64,000 bases of DNA, from positions 169,994-233,993 of the forward strand of contig JBFXEV010000001.1 in the NCBI GenBank assembly GCA_050179755.1, read 5' to 3'. The translations under genes and the position numbers were made by a program. A model generated the notes under the pieces. That model searched no databases. It was not told the origin of the DNA and saw only the letters and a list, made by a program, of their open reading frames with translations. Below, one piece after another: positions 31,222-41,577 of the stretch (position 1 is the stretch's first letter; the number at the start of each line of letters is the position of its first letter). Origin of the DNA: Candidatus Babeliales bacterium (lineage in GTDB: Bacteria; Babelota; Babeliae; Babelales; JBFXEV01).

Positions 31222-32286
31222 CTAATTATTGCTGTTATTAATTGACGATATTGGTTCTATACCCATTAATGCTGCTCGCACATTTTGCTCAACAGCTTCG
31301 CGGTAAAGCTCATCAACATTCTCCGCTTTCATAAAATCAAATGTTCGCGCAACGCCAGGAATTCCATGAACATGCCTCCAAAATGCTGCCCCTAGATCAA
31401 ATTCAATATCCGGATTTTCAGTAAGAAATTGTCTTAGCATATTAAGTCTATAATCAACAATAACGGGAACCAACTTGGCCAATACTCTTGGCCTTGTAGC
31501 AACAGGAATATTTACGCATAATTCCTGAAACCATTCAAATGGGCACATTGCCACCAATTGCTCTAATGATGATTCACTCTGAACGTATGCTAATTGACAC
31601 ACATTTGAAATATCTTCTGGCAAGAATGAAAGAATTTTGCATATAACGTTATCTGGCAAGTCAATTATTTTTAATACTTGGTATGCTGCATCAAATCGAG
31701 CCCCAGCCTCCAATGAACCATTGCTTGCGGGAGTAAAAGATGCGTTTTCTAATAAAACTTTAATTAGTTGGCAGTGCTTGTCAGTTGGAGGTGGCAAAAC
31801 AATGTAGATCATACTCTCAATATTTGATCTATTAATTTTATACCCGCAATTAAAAAAGAAATCCATTACCTTAACATCTCTCTTTTCTAGTGCCCGCACA
31901 AGAGCCCATTGAGCTTCTCTAGAATCAATGTCAATCTCACCATCTCTCATAATTTGTTTGGCAAGATCAAAATTGTGTACTTTTAATGCATTGGCAAAAA
32001 GCTCACCCCATTGCCGCCGGTGCAACTCTTGTTGTGCTCGCATGCGATCGAACTCCCCACCACGTCGCTCTTGTTCAAGCCTTTGTTGACGGTTCTGATA
32101 CCAGTCATAGCATACAATGGCTAACCCCAATGCACCCGTAACACTAGCTATTATTACGGGATGTTCTTTTGCGATATTCCATATACGGCCAAAAAAGCCT
32201 TGATTATTATCTTGCTCCATGCCGAAGGCAGGTTGAGCAACACACATTACAGATAAAATAAGGGTTATTTTCTTGAAAATATTCAT
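31222..32286 (-). CDS. Exported degenerate ankyrin protein with F-box-like motif (cassette gene 1)
   Basis: Shared leader; degenerate ankyrin-like helices; DLPDNVICKILSFLP. Confidence 0.65.
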   Translation of the reverse strand: MNIFKKITLILSVMCVAQPAFGMEQDNNQGFFGRIWNIAKEHPVIIASVTGALGLAIVCYDWYQNRQQRLEQERRGGEFDRMRAQQELHRRQWGELFANALKVHNFDLAKQIMRDGEIDIDSREAQWALVRALEKRDVKVMDFFFNCGYKINRSNIESMIYIVLPPPTDKHCQLIKVLLENASFTPASNGSLEAGARFDAAYQVLKIIDLPDNVICKILSFLPEDISNVCQLAYVQSESSLEQLVAMCPFEWFQELCVNIPVATRPRVLAKLVPVIVDYRLNMLRQFLTENPDIEFDLGAAFWRHVHGIPGVARTFDFMKAENVDELYREAVEQNVRAALMGIEPISSINNSNN

Positions 32287-32484
32287 TTTAAACCTCCAGG
32301 TTCTTTTAGATTATTATTTCTAATTGTATATATTTATATAAAAAAGTCAATCGGCTTTCGATTCTGGGTTAAACCATAGAGGTCTATGGGTGATCATCCC
32401 CAGGTTTGCAAACCTGTAAATCAAAGGCCAGGCTCTGCAATCTTCTCATGAGGACTGCAGTAACCTGGCCAAATTATGCTCTAG

Positions 32485-33288
32485 TTACCCTTCAATCGAT
32501 TTAGCTATATTCTGCAATTGTTCAGAGCGCTCACAAAGATACTCCATATCTTGCCAATAAGGCAATGGGCCTACAAATGGAGTAAAATCCAATTCTTGCA
32601 AAGCACACAATAAAGCCACATTAGTTACCCGTGTATGCAAGAATATTCTAGAGACTGAAAACGGGAGCTTAAAAATAGCGCTCAAAAGCAGTTTATCAAT
32701 GCCGCGCTCATGTGCACCCTGCTCAACACCAAACATGGCTACCTTTACCGTTCCTGATTCAAAAAGAGGCTGCACCAAAAATTGAATGATGCCCAACGTT
32801 TGGCCAGTATCAGCATCTTTGGCTGTTACAAACCATTGCCTCTCATCAGGAGCAAGATACTTTGCAAAATCAGTTTCAGAAAAAAACTGTACTAATTGTG
32901 CATGCAATGTCTTTTCAACCTGTTCCCAATTCACGTGCTCTACACCATCTTTAAAAAATGATACCAGCGGCTTTAAAAACATTTCTGATTCTACTGCCTC
33001 AGGATGTTTACGAGCAAACTCCAGCTCCATTGTTGCATACGTTTGCGCAAAAATTTGACTTGCTTGCCTAAATACATCATTTAACCGTTTAGTTGTTACA
33101 TCCACTTCTTCCCAAACAAGTTGTATCGGCGCTCCAAAATTATCTTTTGCTTTTAATATTCCATAACTCATTGTTTTAATACTTTCAAGATTATGCTTAG
33201 TTATTGGCATACTCCACGAATTTGCCATAACAAATAATATGCTGAGGGTAGTAACTACCCCCAAAATATTACGTTGAACATACTGCAT
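32485..33288 (-). CDS. Exported protein with C-terminal GNAT-like domain
   Basis: FGVEQGAHERGIDKLLL (motif A-like), LHTRVTN. Confidence 0.6.
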   Translation of the reverse strand: MQYVQRNILGVVTTLSILFVMANSWSMPITKHNLESIKTMSYGILKAKDNFGAPIQLVWEEVDVTTKRLNDVFRQASQIFAQTYATMELEFARKHPEAVESEMFLKPLVSFFKDGVEHVNWEQVEKTLHAQLVQFFSETDFAKYLAPDERQWFVTAKDADTGQTLGIIQFLVQPLFESGTVKVAMFGVEQGAHERGIDKLLLSAIFKLPFSVSRIFLHTRVTNVALLCALQELDFTPFVGPLPYWQDMEYLCERSEQLQNIAKSIEG

Positions 33289-33605
33289 TGAGCATGCCCT
33301 TTCTGAAATTCAATAAATAACTATTTTACCAAAAAAAATTTGGTATTTGATAAAAAAAGAAAACAACAGCAATTATTGTGCTGCTACCTCTAAGATAAGA
33401 TTAAAAAGTATCATAGTTACCCTGCTTTCGTGGGTAATGGGTTAAGAATAAGCTATTTTCACAATAGCAGCATTTAATATTAAAGTCAAAACCTTACAGT
33501 GTGAGCAATTTTTTAATCGCTTACGGCGCGACTTCATGCTCCATAAACTCAACAATTTTTTGAGCTGCCTGCTCTGGCAATAAACCACAAAGATTTTTTT
33601 ATTAC

Positions 33606-35162
33606 TCATTCATGAGTAAGTTCCGTTATGAGAGCAAGCGCTTCTTTTACTATTGCCGCTTTTTTTAATTGTATTGTTAGTTGAGTCTTGAGATAGTGGC
33701 CTAGCCACTTGCCAGCTTGCGCTGCCGCAAGCAATCGCACCAAAGAGTTTGTTGCAGGTATTTGCCAATAATTATCTACTTCCTTTGCTACAGTAAAAGC
33801 TGATTTCTTTGTTTTATCATGTACGCGATCAGGATCCGCCCCTTCAAGCAATAACAATCTGGCGATTTCAATAAGTTTTATTGGGTGTCGCTGATATCTA
33901 TAACTATATTCAGCCAATACGTCGAGCGGTGTTTGCCCTTCATGATTTTGTTCCAGTAAACGATTACCTTCAACAGAAAATAATTCATGCAAGTGGTCAT
34001 CATCAGTCAGCATGCCAAATTTCGCCACATGATGGAATGCATTATTACCCTGCGCATCAACACTTCCCTTAGGAAGACGCGCAAGGAGCTTGACCATGGT
34101 TCCTGACCGAGCCCAATGAATAAGATCAATTTTATAAATCCCATGTTGTATGAAAAATTGCACCAATGGAATATCATCTTCAATTAGCGCAAGTTTGCCC
34201 AAGTTAAAACTTTCAAAATTTTCATTAAAATAATTTTTGTTAATCGTAAGAACCATAGCAATAAGCACGCGTAGCTCGTGCCAGTTTGAAAACACGGGAT
34301 TAAGTTCACACAATAATAAATCAGCGGCACCTTCACCAAATTCACGTGCATCTTGCACTGCAACAATGCGCTGCCAAAAAGGATATTTTGGATGTGATCT
34401 TATTACCTCACAATTCAATACCCCCGGGCTACCTGGCAAAATAGGGCACCATTGTTCTATATATTCTTTAGTAATAACTTTGGGCAACTTAGTTTGTATA
34501 TAAGCGCTTGCATGGCATTTGCAAGACTGCACTGCCCGGGAGACCACGTGCCTACGTGGTTTTAATATATCCGCAAAGATGCATGCTCTCATACTTGCAT
34601 GGAAAATACGCTGTTCAAGATGGCCAAATCTCGGCTCATATTGATAACACGCGCCATAATCCATAAATGTTTGTTCTGCGTCATCTTCCCGAGTAACGTC
34701 TGCTCCGTACTTATAAAGCAATGTTGCCCAGGCAATTGCATGCTCAGCATCAGTTCTACCAACTTCTTGGCCCACAATATGGAGTGGCGTGCGCCCTCGC
34801 GCATCAACAGCCCCTGCTGCTGCGCCATGTTCCAAATAAAATTGTAATAATGAAGTCTGTAATTTATTACGTGCAGCTGTTCTACACACGTGATGTAACA
34901 CGGTACCATTATGAATGCCACCTGTTAATGCATAATCAGCGCCGCGTGAACGTAAAGTTTCAGCTTCTTCCTTTGTTTTTGCGGTAAAAAAATAAGGAGC
35001 TTGTAAGGCTATTGTTGTGCCATTTGGTATGTGATACTCAATGCTTTCTTGCGCATTAGGATTAAGATCCATAGCACAGAGCACCGTTGTTCTCTGTACT
35101 AACAATAAAACAATAATGATGCAATAACGCATTGTATTCCACAAGCTCACAAAAATTCTCAT
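33606..35162 (-). CDS. Ankyrin-repeat protein
   Basis: GTVLHHVC, GRTPLHIV, GNNAFHHVA, GQTPLDVL, LLLEGADP. Confidence 0.85.
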   Translation of the reverse strand: MRIFVSLWNTMRYCIIIVLLLVQRTTVLCAMDLNPNAQESIEYHIPNGTTIALQAPYFFTAKTKEEAETLRSRGADYALTGGIHNGTVLHHVCRTAARNKLQTSLLQFYLEHGAAAGAVDARGRTPLHIVGQEVGRTDAEHAIAWATLLYKYGADVTREDDAEQTFMDYGACYQYEPRFGHLEQRIFHASMRACIFADILKPRRHVVSRAVQSCKCHASAYIQTKLPKVITKEYIEQWCPILPGSPGVLNCEVIRSHPKYPFWQRIVAVQDAREFGEGAADLLLCELNPVFSNWHELRVLIAMVLTINKNYFNENFESFNLGKLALIEDDIPLVQFFIQHGIYKIDLIHWARSGTMVKLLARLPKGSVDAQGNNAFHHVAKFGMLTDDDHLHELFSVEGNRLLEQNHEGQTPLDVLAEYSYRYQRHPIKLIEIARLLLLEGADPDRVHDKTKKSAFTVAKEVDNYWQIPATNSLVRLLAAAQAGKWLGHYLKTQLTIQLKKAAIVKEALALITELTHE

Positions 35163-35393
35163 ATTCTATAATAGCGATGAGTTACAGCTTACCTGACTTA
35201 TAATAATTTCCAATTGTGTGTAATCGATTGTAATATGGAGATACTGCACAAAACAATATTTGTTATGCAATTACTCCGATTAAAGAAGTAGCGAGCTCAC
35301 GAGCATAAAAAATATAAAACTCTTTGGATATGAGCACTCAATGATGTATACTTATGAATGATCCACTAGTTCATTGTGCCAAAAGGCTTTATC

Positions 35394-36986
35394 ATGAGAC
35401 AATCCTTACAAAAATTTTCTAACTTTTCAGCAAACATTAAATCCGGGCTTACGCTCGCACTTGTGGCAACTCCCGGCGCCATTTCACTTGCGGTAGCTTC
35501 TGGCGTAAATCCTGCGATTGGCATGATCACTGGCATTTGGGCAAGCATTGTTGGTGCACTTTTTGGCGGCAGTAATTATAATATTATTGGCATGACGGGC
35601 GCACTCACGGGCATTATTGCATCATATGGTATTATGTACGGGCCAGAAATGATTCCCAGCTTAACATTAGTGGCCGCACTGTGCATGCTTATTGCGTATC
35701 TTACAAGATTAGAACGTTATTTAATATTTATTCCGTCAAGCGTTATTCACGGCTTTACCATGGGCGTTGCATTAATGCTCTTTCTTGGTCAAGTTAATGG
35801 TGCATTAGGCTTAGTCAATGTACCCAAACAAAGTAAATTTTTACTAAACGTTATTGAATCACTTAAGCACGTACCTCAATTTGACCCGCATGCCGTGCTT
35901 GCATTTGCATTCTTTTTTTGCAGTCTAATCTTGCTTAGAAAGTTGTTTCCCAAAATACCTGGCGCCATTGTTATAACGCCACTCAGTATTATACTGGGTT
36001 ATGCAACAACATCTGGCATCATTCCCGTTCGCCTACAAACGCTTGGCAGTCAATTTGGCACATTACACCCCCTTCTTTTTAAAATGCCCGCATTTCACTT
36101 TAACATGAATTTGCTGAGCCCTGCGCTGGTGGTTGCCTTTATTGCCATACTCGAGACTATGCTTGCTGCCAAAATTGCCGACGTACTCACCAAAACAAAA
36201 CATAACCCACGCAAAGAAATGTTTGGATTAGCGCTTGCCAATATTGCCACGGCCATTATGGGCGGCGTTCCAGCATCAGCAGCACTTGCACGAACCACGT
36301 ATAACATTAATGCAGGAGCCACTAACGCACTCTCGGCACTTTTTTCTGGCCTTTTTATGATCGTTATTTCATTTGCATGTTTATCCTTTTTTTCATATAT
36401 GCCAGTAACAGCAATTGCTGCCATTATAGTCTACATTTCTTTAACTATGGTAGAGCGTGAGCATTTTAGGCGCTTATACACCTATGATAAACCAAACTTT
36501 TTTATTGCACTTTTTGTAGCATTAATCATAGTAGGTGAAAACCCTATTGTGGGCATTCTTGCTGGGGCTGTTATGGCGCTGTTGATACTTATTAATAAGC
36601 TTGCAGAAAGTAACTATGAAGTAGCAGAGCATGAATCATATAAAATTGCACCATCAGATATGCGTGATGCCAAATCTCAAAACGTGCTTGTATACTTTTT
36701 TAAAGGGAAACTCGTATATCTTAATAGCCAAGGACATATTATACGTTTTCAGCACGAATTTAAAAACTATGCAGGTATTATTTTGGATCTTCATGATCTC
36801 TATTATTGCGATCTTGATGGCGTTGATGCTCTAGAAGAGATTATTGACACTATTAAATGTCGCGGACAAGCAATTGCTCTTATTGCACCAAAATCCCCGG
36901 TGAAAAATATGTTAGCAAAAAGCGCTCACTATAAAACATTAGAGGAATCTGGACGCGTGTTTGAGACGCTCCATCAGGCGTTATAA
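35394..36986 (+). CDS. SulP-family anion transporter with STAS domain
   Basis: ALFGGS...I.G.TGA, SVIHGF, GGVPA, C-terminal IILDL...DLDG. Confidence 0.92.
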   Translation: MRQSLQKFSNFSANIKSGLTLALVATPGAISLAVASGVNPAIGMITGIWASIVGALFGGSNYNIIGMTGALTGIIASYGIMYGPEMIPSLTLVAALCMLIAYLTRLERYLIFIPSSVIHGFTMGVALMLFLGQVNGALGLVNVPKQSKFLLNVIESLKHVPQFDPHAVLAFAFFFCSLILLRKLFPKIPGAIVITPLSIILGYATTSGIIPVRLQTLGSQFGTLHPLLFKMPAFHFNMNLLSPALVVAFIAILETMLAAKIADVLTKTKHNPRKEMFGLALANIATAIMGGVPASAALARTTYNINAGATNALSALFSGLFMIVISFACLSFFSYMPVTAIAAIIVYISLTMVEREHFRRLYTYDKPNFFIALFVALIIVGENPIVGILAGAVMALLILINKLAESNYEVAEHESYKIAPSDMRDAKSQNVLVYFFKGKLVYLNSQGHIIRFQHEFKNYAGIILDLHDLYYCDLDGVDALEEIIDTIKCRGQAIALIAPKSPVKNMLAKSAHYKTLEESGRVFETLHQAL

Positions 36987-37652
36987 ATTAATAACCTCAA
37001 TTTCTTCTTCGCCGCTAGGCGAAATCTGATATGCTTTTTTACCCTCTTTGGCACTCACCACGCAATGTAACGTGCCATCAACATAATGCGCGGCCACGTC
37101 GTCGTGCAAAGCAATGCCAGGTTTAACCGCGCGCTCTTGCATTAACTTTAAAAACGTAGGCCTGCGCTCAGGCTCAGTATCATAATGCGGGCAGCTGCTA
37201 CCAGGCAAAAAACCCAAACACTCAAGCACGCCAAGAGGCCACACAGAATCAGTAATGCCTTGTTCAAACCAACAGATCGCACCCGCGCTCACGCCAGCAA
37301 GCACTATGCCTTTTTCGTACGCCTCTTTAAGCACATGATCCACACCCCATTCACGCCAAAGCGCTAGCATGCTGCGTGTGTTGCCACCGCCCACAAAAAT
37401 GACGTCTGATGTAAGTAAGCGCTCTTTCCAATCCGGAGACACTCTACCAAACAAAGAAACAGCACTTGGTTGAGCGCCCAGACTCTGAAACGCATCATAG
37501 AATCTGACAATATATTCTTTTGACTCAGCACTTGCCTGGGGTAAAAAAGAGACTTTAGGGTTTGGCTTTTCAACTTGCGAAAGTATATATTTTTCCATAG
37601 TAAATGGTGATCTAAAGCCCCCACCAATTGCTATTATTTGTTTTTTTGGCAT
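36981..37652 (-). CDS. Peptidase E (S51) family
   Basis: FVGGGNT, GVSAGA nucleophile elbow, CPHYD. Confidence 0.9.
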   Translation of the reverse strand: MPKKQIIAIGGGFRSPFTMEKYILSQVEKPNPKVSFLPQASAESKEYIVRFYDAFQSLGAQPSAVSLFGRVSPDWKERLLTSDVIFVGGGNTRSMLALWREWGVDHVLKEAYEKGIVLAGVSAGAICWFEQGITDSVWPLGVLECLGFLPGSSCPHYDTEPERRPTFLKLMQERAVKPGIALHDDVAAHYVDGTLHCVVSAKEGKKAYQISPSGEEEIEVINL

Positions 37653-37789
37653 AATTTTATACTAGTCTGTAAGATACATTATCAAGAACTTCTACATACT
37701 TCTAGTTTACACCCGGCCTTAGGCCTTGCATAGTTTAACTCCACCTATACACTAAAATCAAAGTAGTCTCTGATTTTCTAAAGATACGT

Positions 37790-38197
37790 ATGAAATTTGC
37801 AATTGCTTTTCTTGGCCTTTATATACTTGCAAGCTCAACAAGTTCTGCTATGGATATACAGGAATTGCATGAATGTAGGCTGCCCAGTGCAGAAGATTTG
37901 AAGAAACGCCTTCAAAAATTTAAACCGCTGATTGAAAACACAGATCTTATCGCCTCTGTTGCCGGCAAGAAATTAGTTGATTGTAACGTGCCATGGGCTG
38001 TAGATTTGGCAATTTGCGATTATCTTGCACATCTTAAGAAACAACAGCATAATAACACGGAAGTAAAACTCCATTTTGAACAATTAGAGTCACAAAGACC
38101 CATGCTTATTTGCTTATTGCTCCAAGATGCTCCCGAGGCAATTGCGATACTCAAAAGAGCACACGTATTTAAACGAAGAAAAGTCAATTACCATTGA
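37790..38197 (+). CDS. Small exported protein, paralogue family flanking the toxin locus
   Basis: Signal + AMD; LPSAEDLKKRL and LLLQDAP motifs shared with 38253 and 44533. Confidence 0.7.
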   Translation: MKFAIAFLGLYILASSTSSAMDIQELHECRLPSAEDLKKRLQKFKPLIENTDLIASVAGKKLVDCNVPWAVDLAICDYLAHLKKQQHNNTEVKLHFEQLESQRPMLICLLLQDAPEAIAILKRAHVFKRRKVNYH

Positions 38198-38252
38198 TGT
38201 AAAAAGCATCGATTGATCTTATCTAAGACAAAGATTAAATTATAAGGATTTT

Positions 38253-38642
38253 ATGAATATTAGAATATATAGTGCGTTATTTTTTATTTGGTTAAACTTT
38301 GCATGCCACGCTATGGACAACAAGCCCCTTGCTGAAGCAGATAAAAAAGTGGTTTTACGTATGCCAAATAAGGCCACCTTAAAAGCACGATTAAAAAAAG
38401 AAGAATTACAGCATATGCTTGAAAAAACTAAAGTTCTTGCGTACTTTAGCCAAAAAGAATTTGCTGTCATCGATTTTTCCGCCCAAGTAGCAACTCTTCT
38501 TCACGAATATGCAACAGATCTTATAAAAGCCGGTTCGGATCTACAAGTAGTCCAAATTCACTTAAAATTTGATAAACCTCGTTTACTAGCAGTTTTACTT
38601 AAAGATTATCCGCAAGTACTGGGTTCACTAGAAGTTGAATAA
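38253..38642 (+). CDS. Small exported protein, same family
   Basis: Signal + AMD; MPNKATLKARL and VLLKDYP. Confidence 0.7.
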   Translation: MNIRIYSALFFIWLNFACHAMDNKPLAEADKKVVLRMPNKATLKARLKKEELQHMLEKTKVLAYFSQKEFAVIDFSAQVATLLHEYATDLIKAGSDLQVVQIHLKFDKPRLLAVLLKDYPQVLGSLEVE

Positions 38643-38669
38643 TGCTCACACAAAGCACTATCATAATAG

Positions 38670-39053
38670 TTATTGAATTACCTCGCCAGTAATAGTCACG
38701 TGATCATTTTCATCAATGGTTATCTCAATTCTATCAACTTGCGACAGATATAACTTTTTATATTCTACTAAAATACAGATTAAACTAGAGATAGAAATTT
38801 CCAAATATGGCATATTCGGGAAAATATCTTCATTTATTAGGATACTAACGAATTCACCTTTCTTTCGAAGCATACTGATATTGCCAATAAGCTTAATTAA
38901 CTCTTCATTTTCTAAAAAATCAATATATGCTTTAATGCCCAATCCATCTTCAAGAAACAAGGCTAAAGTAAGCATTGAATCATCAGTATACTTATCAACT
39001 CGGTACACGCCGCTCGGTAATTTATTCCATGAAATATTTTGCATACGCATCAT
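38670..39053 (-). CDS. Putative immunity protein paralogue
   Basis: LALFLEDGL...GNIS.L.K...IFP...RIEITIDE.D.V family signature. Confidence 0.75.
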   Translation of the reverse strand: MMRMQNISWNKLPSGVYRVDKYTDDSMLTLALFLEDGLGIKAYIDFLENEELIKLIGNISMLRKKGEFVSILINEDIFPNMPYLEISISSLICILVEYKKLYLSQVDRIEITIDENDHVTITGEVIQ

Positions 39054-39220
39054 TTTACTATTAAATTGGGGAAAAATGAGATACCTCTACCTGTATGATC
39101 ATCTATCACAACAGAAACTTCTATTCCACTCTTACGCTTCTGTTTAAAAATAGATCTACCAAATTTCGAAAAAATCTCATTCGGAAATTTCACCACATCA
39201 TAATAACAATTCATCAATTG
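39050..39220 (-). pseudogene. Orphan EndoU-toxin C-terminal remnant
   Basis: Manual translation QLMNCYYDVVKFPNEIFSKFGRSIFKQKRKSGIEVSVVIDDHTGRGISFFPNLIVK* aligns to the last ~55 aa of 41946-44276; stop overlaps the next ATG. Confidence 0.8.
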
Positions 39221-39232
39221 TTAATGAAGACT

Positions 39233-39597
39233 TTATTCACCAACAATAGTAACCTGATCAAACTCATCAATGGTTATTTCAATTCTATTGACTTCTAGAT
39301 CTTCAAGCCTATCATATTCTTGTATGATTTTAATTAAATTACAGATGCTTGTACTAAAAATTGGCGTGTTAGGATATATATAATCATCAATTTCTATTGA
39401 AACCATCTTTGCTTTTCTAAGCAACTAATATTACCTGATAGATTTTGCCTATTGCCTTCTTCTAAAAATTTTAAATAAGCTGCATATGGCAATCCATCAT
39501 TTAAAAAATATGCCAAGGCATACATAGTTTTATCACTCTCTTCCATATGCCTATAAATATGTTTTCTTAATTTCTGCCAAATAAATCGTCTTTTCAT
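39233..39597 (-). pseudogene. Frameshifted putative immunity paralogue
   Basis: N-half (39394-39597 ORF) and C-half (39233-39424 ORF) together match the 124-aa paralogue; shift near 39410. Confidence 0.8.
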
Positions 39598-39631
39598 AGA
39601 AATATTAGATCTTCATTATAGATTTTTATTA

Positions 39632-40009
39632 CTAAATTTGTTTCCCAATTACGCTAACCTGATCAAATTCATTAATGGTTATTTCAATCTCATCAACTCC
39701 CAATAAATACAAATTAAGATATTCTTTCAAGATTGTAATCAAATCATCTATAGCAATAATAAAGGGCGCTTGATTAGGAAATATTAGATCATCTATAAAG
39801 ATGATTGCTTTTTCCTGTTTTTTTTCAATATAACTTATGTTTCCAGAAAACTCAGCTCTTTCCTCATTTTCTAAAAACTTTATGTATGGCTCAAAGCCTA
39901 ATCCATCTTTCAAGAAAAGAGCCAAAGTAAACATTGAATCATCACTATACCGAGCGATCTTGTATATTTCATTTTCTAATTTACACAAAATAAGCTTTTT
40001 CTTAATCAT
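39632..40009 (-). CDS. Putative immunity protein paralogue
   Basis: LALFLKDGL, GNISYIEKK, IEITINEFDQV. Confidence 0.78.
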   Translation of the reverse strand: MIKKKLILCKLENEIYKIARYSDDSMFTLALFLKDGLGFEPYIKFLENEERAEFSGNISYIEKKQEKAIIFIDDLIFPNQAPFIIAIDDLITILKEYLNLYLLGVDEIEITINEFDQVSVIGKQI

Positions 40010-40050
40010 ATCTTCCTAATCAAATCTGGGAAAAAACTAATTCCTTTGTT
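40006..40050 (-). pseudogene. Very short toxin-tip remnant
   Basis: NKGISFFPDLIRKI* matches the G(I/V)(T/S)FF(P/A)NL terminus; ATGA overlap with the 40009 start. Confidence 0.65.
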
Positions 40051-40136
40051 TATAAATGTGTTTTTTTAATTTCGCCAAACAAATCATATGCTCCACACAT
40101 ATGGTAGATCTTCATTCTAAATTTTTTAATTGCAGA

Positions 40137-40511
40137 CTATTCCCCTGTTACACTGACCTGATCAAACTCATCGATGGTTATCTCAATTCTATTAACTTGA
40201 AGATAAAACAGTCTCCTATATTCCTGTAATATTGTTATCAAATTGCGTATAGTTGTTGTAAAAATTGGAGTATCAGGATATACATAATCATCTATGTCTA
40301 TAGAAATCATATCTCCTCGCTTTTCTAACCAACTAAGATTCCCTACAAATCTTTGCCGCTTTTCATCTAACAAAAAATCCATATATGTTTTAAATCCTAA
40401 TCCATCACTTAAAAAAATAGCTAAAGCCTCTATGGACTTATCACTAACGCTATCTTGTCTATAAATATTTTTTTTTAATTTATGCCAAATAAATTTTCTT
40501 TTTATCATCAT
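40137..40511 (-). CDS. Putative immunity protein cognate to the orphan toxin module
   Basis: Family signature; ATGA overlap with the orphan tip stop at 40508-40511. Confidence 0.8.
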   Translation of the reverse strand: MMIKRKFIWHKLKKNIYRQDSVSDKSIEALAIFLSDGLGFKTYMDFLLDEKRQRFVGNLSWLEKRGDMISIDIDDYVYPDTPIFTTTIRNLITILQEYRRLFYLQVNRIEITIDEFDQVSVTGE

Positions 40512-41575
40512 AATAAATTCGGGAAAAAGGTCACACCATAGCCATCATTCTCTATAACCGCCGTAATTAATATCTCACTCCGACGTTCAAATTCAAAAGT
40601 TGTACGAAGTGCATTACATTTAACAATATTTTTATCATTAATAACTTCGTAATAACAGTTCATTAAATCTTCTGTAATCCATTGTTCTGGGAAAAAAGAT
40701 CTTTCAATCCATTCTCCACCGATAAATACTTTTGCTTTATAAAAACCTTCTCCATGCATTTCTACATCTTTAAGTAATCCTAAGTTTCGATAAAACCCCA
40801 TTCGATCTTGATGAAAACCTGTAATTTTCCCACTTTTTGAAATTTTCGCCACCCATGTATGCTCAAATGGCGGTATAATTAAATGCCCATTATGTGTTAC
40901 TTATTGAATATATTTACTTGCCTCTAAAAGCTCTGCTTCAGTAGGATATTGCATCGCTTGAATTATATCCATTGGTGAATTTGGAATATTGCCACCGCCA
41001 CTCACCGGAATATTTGAGCCATCTCCACCCGAGCCGGCATTTTGAGCAAACACAGCCAAAGGCGCAACTTTAGCAGCTTTATCAACCGCTGCCGCTGCAG
41101 CTTGACCAGCCGCTTCAATTGCTGCAGCACATTCGGCAGCAATAACTGCTTCATAGGTAATTGCTGCTTCAAATGAACTGGCATTGCAAGGCAAGTCCAT
41201 AAAGTTCTGCGAACCGCCACCCGCCTCAACAAGTTCTTTTAAAGCCGAGCTTCCGTTACCTACAAGAGAACTCAATGCACTAAAGGTTGCATGATTTAAG
41301 GCCATTTCAGTAGCGACCGCAGTTCCTTCTTCTGCAGCATACAGTACATTCTCTCGAGTTATACTACCCAGACTCGCTTCATTGCTTTACTCACGTTTCT
41401 ACTGAATACGCAAATGCAATTGCTGCAATTCCTGTATACCCTTCTCTTGTACAGGAGGTGCAATATATTTGCCGGATATTCGATCTATTAATTCATTTTT
41501 AGAGTCTTTTAAAGCACTCTTTATATTTAAATATGCACGATACTTTGCATCTTCAGTTATCTCAACGAGTAAGTA
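40508..41575 (-). pseudogene. Orphan toxin module: 5'-truncated copy of the toxin with a variant EndoU-like tip
   Basis: 40952-41217 nearly identical to 42399-42664; in-frame CAA>TAA at 40901-40903 splits the 40901 and 40508 ORFs; degenerate homology extends to about 41575. Confidence 0.85.
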
Positions 41576-41577
41576 CT

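Noticed and set aside
33522..33598. Minus-strand peptide KNLCGLLPEQAAQKIVEFM resembling an F-box after the ankyrin gene
   Set aside because: Out of frame with the ankyrin gene and preceded by a stop; too short to support
38716..39298. + strand ORFs within the immunity array
   Set aside because: Antisense to the immunity genes and toxin remnants
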